A stretch of DNA of 64,000 bases from an uncultured Bdellovibrionales bacterium. GTDB taxonomy: Bacteria; Myxococcota; XYA12-FULL-58-9; CAYXVF01. Both the position numbers and the translations under genes were made by a program. Each line of letters starts with the position of its first letter. Position 1 is the first letter of the stretch. The stretch spans positions 26,605-90,604 of the forward strand of contig CAYXVF010000004.1 of NCBI GenBank assembly GCA_964468125.1, read 5' to 3'. Shown here in pieces: positions 53,764-60,816 of this stretch. The notes below the pieces were generated by a model. The model saw nothing but the letters and a program-made list of their open reading frames with translations, was not told the DNA's origin and did not search any database.

Positions 53764-54455
53764 TTCAGCACTCCCATCCCGTCAGGGGTTGCGACCGTCG
53801 CCAGGTCGGGCATCACCTGGTCGTTGAAGGTGTAGTCGGGGGCGATCCCGTGCTTCACCGCCCAGAGGTACCAGTTGTCGACCACGGTCCCTGTAAGAAG
53901 GATGCCGATTCCCCCCGTAAGGGTGCACAACACTACAAACCACCATGCCCAGCGGTGGATGGATTCAAACGTAGCGTTGAAGCCCATGCACCAGCGCCAG
54001 AACAAACCGGCACGCTAAGCGGCAGTTCCCTGATCGACGATCTGGCCGATCTCACGTTCGCCAGCGAAATGCCCCACGGCCAAGACGGTCGCCCCGTGCA
54101 TGGCGAAGAGCAGGGTCGAGCCGTAGAGGAACACGATCGAGAGCGCGTGGAACGGGTTGTAGAACAGATTGCCGTAGCGCAGTGAGAACGCCGCGGTCCA
54201 ATCGAGGTGCGGGAAGATCCCAAAGGGTACCGCCTCACCCCAGTTGCCCATGAGGATCGGTCGCGACGAAGCCAAACAGCAGCGACGCGATCCCCCAGTA
54301 CCCTAGATAGATCGGGCCGAACTGCGCACTTCCCAGCCGACCCGCGAGGTGCAGGAAGCCCTTCTTGCGCGTCCCCACGATTCAGGAATCGCGATGTCCT
54401 CGTGGACCGGCCCCCGCACCTGAAACTGAGTGAATAGGTTCTGAGACTCAGGCAT
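53760..54455 (-). pseudogene. pufM: Reaction-centre M subunit gene, disrupted by an internal deletion of about 120 codons, at least two frameshifts and an in-frame amber codon.
   Basis: Recognisable PufM segments lie in three different frames: MPESQNLFTQFQVRGP (ATG at 54455 with an AAGGGGAG RBS), [46 protein letters not shown]...[31 protein letters not shown]...GTAA, then TAG at 54017-54015 where PufM has Glu, then [25 protein letters not shown]...[20 protein letters not shown]. Only 696 nt are present, against about 975 expected. Confidence 0.7.
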
Positions 54456-54471
54456 TGCGTGCTCCCCTTAG

Positions 54472-54507
54472 CACGCGATACCTACATTCAAAGCTGAGCA
54501 AGGCCAG
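54472..54507 (-). pseudogene. pufL: Reaction-centre L subunit gene remnant: 12 N-terminal codons only.
   Basis: Minus-strand GGAGA-N6-CTG GCC TTG CTC AGC TTT GAA TGT AGG TAT CGC GTG encodes (L)ALLSFECRYRV, the conserved PufL N-terminus. CTG stands where ATG is expected. The frame then runs into the pufM RBS and start. About 800 nt of pufL are absent. Confidence 0.55.
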
Positions 54508-54602
54508 TTAGCGTCTCCAATTCGCGAGCTCGAAAGGGACCAAAGACGGGCGAAGCATGCGCGCGCGTCGCCCCGCCCGTCCTGGCTTGAGTCCCAACCC
54601 GG

Positions 54603-54785
54603 CTACGGTGAGCCAGGCATGGCTTGCGACGTTTGCCCCACCGAAGGGGTGCCGGCCGCGTCGAGCCAGTTGAACCGCTCAGTGCTGAGCAGCACAAAGT
54701 GAATGACAATCGCGAGTACGAAATTGAACGCCCAAAGAGCGACCAAATACGGACGCGGATCGAAAATCTTCCAGAATCTCCACAT
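54603..54785 (-). CDS. pufA: Light-harvesting 1 alpha polypeptide.
   Basis: [41 protein letters not shown], with the BChl-ligating His in the TM helix. 12-nt gap to pufB. Confidence 0.85.
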   Translation of the reverse strand: MWRFWKIFDPRPYLVALWAFNFVLAIVIHFVLLSTERFNWLDAAGTPSVGQTSQAMPGSP

Positions 54786-54797
54786 AGTCGATCCCCC

Positions 54798-55016
54798 TTA
54801 CACGAACATGTTGAACGTCGACTGTGCGACGGTTTGTGCATCTTGAATCATGGAGTAGCCGTCTAGTCCTGCCAACCAGGGTCTCCACATCCAAGTGAGG
54901 ATATGAGCAATGATCGCAATCACAACGAACGTCACGAACGCCATGATGAAACCACTGTGGAATTCTTTGGCCTCTTCATCAGTAAGACCTGACAGGGCCC
55001 TTGTTGGTTCTGCCAT
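54798..55016 (-). CDS. pufB: Light-harvesting 1 beta polypeptide, with an unusual C-terminal extension of about 24 residues.
   Basis: SGLTDEEAKEFHSGF...IAHILTWMWRPWL core. The ORF then continues AGLDGYSMIQDAQTVAQSTFNMFV before the stop. Confidence 0.8.
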   Translation of the reverse strand: MAEPTRALSGLTDEEAKEFHSGFIMAFVTFVVIAIIAHILTWMWRPWLAGLDGYSMIQDAQTVAQSTFNMFV

Positions 55017-55095
55017 CTAGTTTTCCCTTTCAGCTAGCCTTGGTACTTCTAACTATCCTCGACTCACGTCGATGAGAAACTCTTCGATTCTCTCC

Positions 55096-55371
55096 CTAAG
55101 CCCGGAAAACACTCCCGAGCGCGGTCTGAACCTCAACATGTGCTTCCCTAAACACTGATTGTCGAACTGGCTTGGCATTCCCGATGAATCCGCGGGTCCA
55201 GCTCCTAGGAAGGAGCCGCTGGACCACCACGTAGGGGAATACGAACGTCATCGCGATCACGTAGTAGAGCGATGACTCCACGATGTCGCCGAGCTTCCGG
55301 CGCGGAACGTGGAACAACGGGGCCTCTAGAGTGGCCCGACGCCGACTGACTGGGAGCGTGACTGCTTTCAT
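55096..55371 (-). CDS. pufQ: PufQ-like small membrane protein (position and architecture only).
   Basis: 91-aa ORF between bchY/Z and pufB. Single TM segment LYYVIAMTFVFPYVVV and a ...SVFRA C-terminus reminiscent of PufQ. Start overlaps the upstream stop (ATGA). Confidence 0.4.
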   Translation of the reverse strand: MKAVTLPVSRRRATLEAPLFHVPRRKLGDIVESSLYYVIAMTFVFPYVVVQRLLPRSWTRGFIGNAKPVRQSVFREAHVEVQTALGSVFRA

Positions 55372-57368
55372 GTGAGGCCTCCTCCTGCTTGGGCCACTGC
55401 GGACCCGTTCATTCGCTTCTTGGATTTACGCGCGGCCACTCGGGCCACGGTGACGCGACTGTCACCCTGGAGCTTCGCGTCGTGCTCAATCGTGTCGCGC
55501 AACGTCTTCGCCGCGGAGATGCGCGTGAGGACCGGCACCTCGCTCACCATCTCGTCGAGGAGCGCTTCGCAGAGCGCGCGACCATACTCGCGGTACATCA
55601 CGACGTTTACGTCGGCGTCCACGAGACGAGGCACCTGCGCGAGATGCGAACCCAGGGCGAAGACCATGTTGATCTCCGCCCCGATGCCTTCGACAAGGCG
55701 ACGGATCTCGGCGAGGTCACTCGGCATGTTGAAGTTGGAACCGGTCACCACCACGCTCGGCAGTGATGGGTCCAAAGCTTCGTGTGCGCGACGCATCGCG
55801 CCTTCGGTCCCCTTCTTCCCGAGCTCTTCCTCGGACGCGACGCCGGCCTTTTCGCCTGGCGCGTTCTTGGCGAGGCGAGCGCGTTTCGCTTTTTTACGGT
55901 CTGCCAATTGCTTCTTGCGAAACTTCTCGTCGTCTTTTGGAACGTCTTCCCAGATCCCCGAGGCATGCCCCGTGCCGACGCCGGAGAAGAAATCGTTCAT
56001 CGCGTCAAAGCGCGGCTTGCTCGCCATCGCTGCGTTCACGACCTGCGCGAGGGAGCCAGCCCCCGCGGGCCCCATCAGCGGGCGCGCGGAAATGAGGTTG
56101 GTGAAGTAGAGCGCGGGGGTGGCGCTTTCCTTCGCGGCCTGTACCACCGGCGTGGTTCCCACAACCAAATCCGGCTCGAATTCCTTCATCGCAGCGAGGT
56201 CCTGCTCGAGCGATGCACGGTACTGCACCTGCACGCCACGGGCCTTCAGCCACTCACTGTCGGCAGAAGACCACTCGGTCTTTGCACAGGCCGTCCCGAC
56301 GTAACGCACGTCCGCACCGCTCTCGATCAACAGGCGAGCAACGAGCAGCTCAGAGCCTTCGTAGCCGGACAACGTGATCCGCCCTTTGATGGGCATCCCA
56401 GCGAGCGCACCCTGGATCGCGGGCAGGATCGCGTTCTGCGCGGCGGCTATTTTCTCCGCGGAAACCCCCGCCTGCTGCCCCACGGCCTTCAGCCATTCGG
56501 CGGTGCCGTCGTGGCCCACCGGAGCAGAACCCACGATCGGCCGACCGGCAGCCGCAAACTCACGGAAGGTAGCGACATAGAACGGGTGGATCGCAGCCGC
56601 GACGGTGCAATCGAGCGCGGCATATTGCTCACGCCATTCGCGCGTGGGCACCACGGGCCCGGCGGCGAGCTCCATCGGGGCGAGCATGCGTCCGATGGTG
56701 ATGGGATCGACCGGGAACATTTCACCGACCAGCGCGACCGTCGGCAGCTTCGCATGTCCCTCGCGCGGCGCTTGGACGGGCCCAGCCTCCGCCTCTCTTC
56801 GAGCGTAGGCGAGCATGGCGCCGGCGAGCACGTCCTTGGCTTCCGCATGGGTCGGCACACCAAAGCCCGGGACGTCGATCCCGACGATTCGCACGCCATT
56901 GATCGTCTTCGGAAGCAGGCGCAGCGGCACCCCCGATGCGGTGGGAACACAGAGGTTGGTCACCACGAGCGCGTCGTACTTCTCGGGGTCCGCGAGGTCG
57001 TGAACCGCGTCGCGAATGTCTTCGAAGAGCTTGCCGGTAACCAGAGTCTCCGAATCAAACGGCACGTAGCCGACGGTGCGCCGAGCGCCATAGAAGTGCG
57101 ACGTGAAGGTGAGGCCGTAGACACAGCAGGCCGAGCCCGAAAGGACCGTCGCCGTACGACGCATGCGCAATCCGACGCGCAGGGAGCCAAAGGCGGGGCA
57201 CATGCTCTGCGGCTGGTCGTGGGGGCCAACAGGATAGTCCGCGGCGTAGCGATCGAGCACATCGCTCTTGCCCGCTGCGGCGGCGGCTTCACGCAGCTTC
57301 TCTCGCCCACCATGGCAGCCACTTTCTGTGGCGTTCTTTGCCTCGACGCTCGTCACTTTCGTTCTCAC
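55368..57368 (-). CDS. bchY: Chlorophyllide a reductase subunit Y, fused in frame to a short remnant of subunit Z.
   Basis: N-terminus GCHGG...PQSMCPAFGSLRVGLRMRR...SGSACCVYGLTF matches BchY. The last ~130 aa carry BchZ-like blocks GTEGAMRRAHEALDPSLPSVVVTGS and NFNMPSDLAEIRRLVEGIGAEINMV. There is no separate bchZ: only about 2.0 kb is available for bchY plus bchZ, where about 3.0 kb is expected. Confidence 0.7.
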   Translation of the reverse strand: MRTKVTSVEAKNATESGCHGGREKLREAAAAAGKSDVLDRYAADYPVGPHDQPQSMCPAFGSLRVGLRMRRTATVLSGSACCVYGLTFTSHFYGARRTVGYVPFDSETLVTGKLFEDIRDAVHDLADPEKYDALVVTNLCVPTASGVPLRLLPKTINGVRIVGIDVPGFGVPTHAEAKDVLAGAMLAYARREAEAGPVQAPREGHAKLPTVALVGEMFPVDPITIGRMLAPMELAAGPVVPTREWREQYAALDCTVAAAIHPFYVATFREFAAAGRPIVGSAPVGHDGTAEWLKAVGQQAGVSAEKIAAAQNAILPAIQGALAGMPIKGRITLSGYEGSELLVARLLIESGADVRYVGTACAKTEWSSADSEWLKARGVQVQYRASLEQDLAAMKEFEPDLVVGTTPVVQAAKESATPALYFTNLISARPLMGPAGAGSLAQVVNAAMASKPRFDAMNDFFSGVGTGHASGIWEDVPKDDEKFRKKQLADRKKAKRARLAKNAPGEKAGVASEEELGKKGTEGAMRRAHEALDPSLPSVVVTGSNFNMPSDLAEIRRLVEGIGAEINMVFALGSHLAQVPRLVDADVNVVMYREYGRALCEALLDEMVSEVPVLTRISAAKTLRDTIEHDAKLQGDSRVTVARVAARKSKKRMNGSAVAQAGGGLT

Positions 57369-58399
57369 ACCTCGTCGTAGATGATTTCGAGTGAAGGCTT
57401 CTTGACCGCCTTCGCACCGCAGAGGTCCACGCTCGTTGCCGGCTCGAGTACGACATCGCGTCCCGTCGCGTCCGCGGCGAAGAGATCGAGAAGCTGGTCC
57501 TGGGTCAGCGGATTCGGATAGAGCGGCGGGCTCTCGGCGACGTTGACGCCGAGTGCCTCAAAGAGCGGGCCCCATCGACTGTCCGGTCGCCCGATGATCT
57601 CGTACATGCCGCTCTTGCGGCGAATGTCTTCGTCCGCAGGGATCGAAGCGAGGACCGGAATCCCGACAGTCTCCGCGAAAGCCTGCGCTTCGCCCGTGCC
57701 GTCGTCTTTGTTGACCACGATTCCGGCGACGCCAACATGGCCGCCGAGCCTTCGGAAGTAGTCCGCGGCAGAGCAGACGTTGTTGGCGACGTAGAGCGAT
57801 TGTAGGTCGTTCGAGGCGACGACGATCACCTTCTGGCACATGTCGCGGGCGATCGGCAGACCGAAGCCGCCACAGACGACATCGCCGAGAAAGTCGAGAA
57901 GCACGTAGTCGAAGTCCCAATCGTTGAAACCGAGCTTCTCGAGCGTTTCGAAGCCGTGAATGATGCCGCGTCCGCCGCAGCCACGGCCAACCTCCGGGCC
58001 GCCTAGCTCCATGGCGAAAACGCCGTCGCGCTTGAAGCAGACGTCGCCGATCTCGACCGCTTCGCCCGCGGCTTTCTTCTTGGCGGTCGTCTCGATGATC
58101 GTGGGGCACGCCTTACCCCCGAAGAGCAGGGAGGTCGTGTCGCTCTTGGGATCGCAACCGATCAGCAAGACCTTCTTGCCTTGCTGCGCCATCATGTACG
58201 ACAGGTTTGCGAGGGTGAAGCTCTTGCCGATCCCTCCCTTGCCGTAGATCGCGATGATCTGCGTTTCCTTCGTGGGTGCAGTGGTCACCGGCGGCGAGGG
58301 ATCCTGCGCTGCTTCGGCCTTCAGGTTGTCATCGATCTCTTTGATCGAAGTCGCGCCCTCGGCGCTCACCGGTCCAACGTTCATCCGTGTTCCCTCCAA
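57365..58399 (-). CDS. bchX: Chlorophyllide a reductase iron-protein subunit X.
   Basis: NifH-like P-loop IAIYGKGGIGKSFTLANLS and Cys ligands. 344 aa. Confidence 0.9.
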   Translation of the reverse strand: MEGTRMNVGPVSAEGATSIKEIDDNLKAEAAQDPSPPVTTAPTKETQIIAIYGKGGIGKSFTLANLSYMMAQQGKKVLLIGCDPKSDTTSLLFGGKACPTIIETTAKKKAAGEAVEIGDVCFKRDGVFAMELGGPEVGRGCGGRGIIHGFETLEKLGFNDWDFDYVLLDFLGDVVCGGFGLPIARDMCQKVIVVASNDLQSLYVANNVCSAADYFRRLGGHVGVAGIVVNKDDGTGEAQAFAETVGIPVLASIPADEDIRRKSGMYEIIGRPDSRWGPLFEALGVNVAESPPLYPNPLTQDQLLDLFAADATGRDVVLEPATSVDLCGAKAVKKPSLEIIYDEV

Positions 58400-59307
58400 T
58401 CCAACAGCATCTTGAGACAGCTCGGGTCCGTGAACGCGGCGCGATAGGCCTCGTTCGCGTCGTCTGCGGCTCGACGATGGGTGATCAGCTCATCCAGGCT
58501 CAGTGCGCCTTCCGCCACGAGGTCGTTGACCCGCACCAGGTCCTGCGGCTGCCATTCAGCAGCGATGCGGAAACGTGCCTCTTTCATGAAGGCGGGCGGA
58601 AAGGCGAAGTTGACGCGCTCGCTGTAGAAGCCGGCGAGAACGATCTCGCCCCCGCGCACGAGCGCGCGCACCAACGTATCGAAGATTGCGGAGTCGCCAC
58701 TGACGTCGACGATCACCCGATAGGTCGCTCGAGCGTCTTCATCCGGGTGTACGACGCGGTACCCCTGGGCACCGTTCGCTCGAATGGAATTGGTTTCCCA
58801 GACGGTGGGAGCGCCACCACGGGCCACCGCGAGGCGCGCGAGCAGTCGTCCCAGCACACCGTGCCCAACGATCAGATCTGGGATTTCGTCGGCGAGAGCA
58901 TGCTCGGCGGTCGCCGCGAGCGCGAGCAAGACACCCTTGTCTCCGAGACTCTCAGCGATTGGGATGACGCGATCCGCAGGGACGACCAGCGTGGATGCCG
59001 CGCCACCGAATAGCCCACGAACGTCTACGAAGCCGTTGGAGCCTGGGACAAATACCGTCGTACCATCGGCGATCCGCTCGTTGCCGCGTACGACCCGCCC
59101 GACGGACTCGTAGCCAGGTACCAGCGGGTAGCCCATTCCTGGGAAAGGCGGCATTTTTCCGGACCAGAGCAGCCGTTCCGTGCCGGTGCTGATGCCACTC
59201 CAGTCTACATCGACCACCACGTCACCGTCGCCCGGGGTGGTCAACGTGACGGGACTGAGTGTCAGGTGTTCCGGCTCCTGGAGCACCACTGCTTTGGCTT
59301 CCGTCAT
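58381..59307 (-). CDS. bchC: Bacteriochlorophyllide a dehydrogenase (zinc-type ADH fold).
   Basis: MTEAKAVVLQEPEHL...VDVDWSGISTGTERLLWSGKMPPFPGMGYPLVPGYE. Start at 59307 chosen by homology; the track ORF extends upstream to 59484. Confidence 0.85.
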   Translation of the reverse strand: MTEAKAVVLQEPEHLTLSPVTLTTPGDGDVVVDVDWSGISTGTERLLWSGKMPPFPGMGYPLVPGYESVGRVVRGNERIADGTTVFVPGSNGFVDVRGLFGGAASTLVVPADRVIPIAESLGDKGVLLALAATAEHALADEIPDLIVGHGVLGRLLARLAVARGGAPTVWETNSIRANGAQGYRVVHPDEDARATYRVIVDVSGDSAIFDTLVRALVRGGEIVLAGFYSERVNFAFPPAFMKEARFRIAAEWQPQDLVRVNDLVAEGALSLDELITHRRAADDANEAYRAAFTDPSCLKMLLDWREHG

Positions 59308-59322
59308 GGGTGTAAAGTGCAC

Positions 59323-59342
59323 TTGACACTCGCGAGTGTCAA
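59323..59342. promoter_or_regulatory. Perfect 20-bp palindrome TTGACACTCGCGAGTGTCAA 16 nt upstream of the bchC start codon. Candidate PpsR-type operator or -35 overlap.
   Basis: Self-complementary sequence sharing the TGTCAA/TTGACA half-site with the sites at 35316 and 60767. Confidence 0.45.
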
Positions 59343-59510
59343 TATGCGTAGCCGCTTTTCTTAAGCCAATTTTTAAGCGATTTCGGGCGAATTCGGTGAA
59401 TCGGCCGCGGATCCCGGGCGCAGGGAGCCGCCCAATTCGTTCAGATTGCGCGCGATCGCGCTCTGAGCGCCCCAGGAGCGCCACTGAGGGCTCGAAGAAT
59501 GTGATCGGAA

Positions 59511-60707
59511 TCAGATCCGCGTAGCGATCAGCAACTGTGTAAGCATCGGGCGTCGGGTCCGGATCCGACGTGCACCCACAAATCCGGCCGCACCGAGCAT
59601 GGCGCTGAGCTCTTCGGGGGAGCGTGGCCGGCCATGGCCCATCGCGAGCAGATAGAGACCGAAGTAGGCGTCACCCATGGGGAGGGCGCCGCGCGTTCGC
59701 GCCATCGGCTCGGCGAGGAGGAGAGTCCCACTTTTCGGCAGGGCCTGGTGGACGGCGCGCAGGATCTCCACCGCAGGGCCATCGTCGTGGTCGTGAATGA
59801 TGCGCACGAGGGAGACCACATCGGCGCCATTGGGGAGGGGATCGGAGAACAGATCGCCTCCCACGACCGTCGCCCGGTCATCGAATCCGTTCGCGGTCAA
59901 ACGTGCGCGTGCTCGCTCGGCGACCGCGGGGAGGTCAAAGAGCATCAGATCGAGCTCTGGGTGCGCCTGCGCCACCGCACTCAGGAACGCCCCTTCTCCG
60001 CCGCCGACGTCCATGAGTGTCCGGTGGCGACCGAGATCATAGGCTTCTAATACGTCGCCTGCAATGAATTGCTGGGACTCAGCCATCAGAGCGGAGTATT
60101 GGGCGACGCGCTCGCCGCCGAGGTCTCCAGGCGTCTCGCTGCTGGAGTAGGCCCAGAACTCGCCGAGCTCGGTGCTCGGCAGCTCGTTGCGCAGCAACGC
60201 CAAGGGATCGGTCAGGTCCCGGTAGAGCATCGGGTGGTGCTCGATCATTCGCGCGACACCCGGATTACCGCGCAAAGCCGCCCCGAGCATGCCCAAGCCG
60301 TAGGTGCGCGCACCGCGCCGCTGCAACAGACCCAACGACACCGCCGCGTCCAGGAGCCGCCTCATGTTCGCGGGCTTGATGTTCGCGCGACGAGCGAGCT
60401 CCCCAGCTTCGAGTGGCCCGTCGGCGAGCTGCTCGAAGAGGTCGAGGCGCACGCATGCGTAGAGCACCTGCGAATAAACGAACCCCGCGCACAAATCGAA
60501 GAGCTGCGTGGCCCGCCGAGTCGCGATCCAGCGAATAAACGGGAATCCGGCGGCCCAGCGCTGGAATTTCTCGCTCGCGAGTAGGCGGTTTCGAAGGGCG
60601 TGCCAGCGATCGACGAGCGCGCTCCACCCACTGCGACGTGGGACCAGCGCGCGATCGGCCGAAGTGGCCATCTCGGTGGGCTTGGCCTGATCCATGGGCG
60701 ATTTCAT
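59511..60707 (-). CDS. crtF: Carotenoid O-methyltransferase (demethylspheroidene O-methyltransferase family). Start codon uncertain.
   Basis: Class I O-MTase SAM motif LMDVGGGEGAFLSAVA and a dimerisation N-domain. Position upstream of bchC matches crtF. Confidence 0.7.
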   Translation of the reverse strand: MKSPMDQAKPTEMATSADRALVPRRSGWSALVDRWHALRNRLLASEKFQRWAAGFPFIRWIATRRATQLFDLCAGFVYSQVLYACVRLDLFEQLADGPLEAGELARRANIKPANMRRLLDAAVSLGLLQRRGARTYGLGMLGAALRGNPGVARMIEHHPMLYRDLTDPLALLRNELPSTELGEFWAYSSSETPGDLGGERVAQYSALMAESQQFIAGDVLEAYDLGRHRTLMDVGGGEGAFLSAVAQAHPELDLMLFDLPAVAERARARLTANGFDDRATVVGGDLFSDPLPNGADVVSLVRIIHDHDDGPAVEILRAVHQALPKSGTLLLAEPMARTRGALPMGDAYFGLYLLAMGHGRPRSPEELSAMLGAAGFVGARRIRTRRPMLTQLLIATRI

Positions 60708-60766
60708 AGCGCCATTCCGAGTGAGAGGTAATCCCAGTTGCCTATTCGCTTCCTGACAGGCTAAGG

Positions 60767-60784
60767 TGTCAAGGCAGATAGACA
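60767..60784. promoter_or_regulatory. PpsR/CrtJ consensus operator TGTCAAGGCAGATAGACA in the divergent crtF / crtD promoter.
   Basis: Exact TGTC-N10-GACA, 33 nt upstream of the crtD GTG start. A half-site repeat TGTCAAG lies at 60811. Confidence 0.55.
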
Positions 60785-60816
60785 CTTAGACGCCTATTTC
60801 GGATTGGACGTGTCAA

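Noticed and set aside
53760-54602. Considered that the interval between pufA and pufC might simply encode a single intact RC gene.
   Set aside because: Translation shows PufL N-terminal codons and PufM blocks in three frames with an internal stop. No single frame is open across the interval.
55368-57368. Initially considered that the 666-aa nitrogenase-like ORF was BchB/ChlB (DPOR) or an unusually long BchY.
   Set aside because: GCHGG...PQSMCPAFGSLRVGLRM and the position between bchX and puf fit BchY. The extra C-terminal 130 aa carry BchZ-type blocks, and no separate bchZ exists, so a bchY-bchZ remnant fusion is the better reading.
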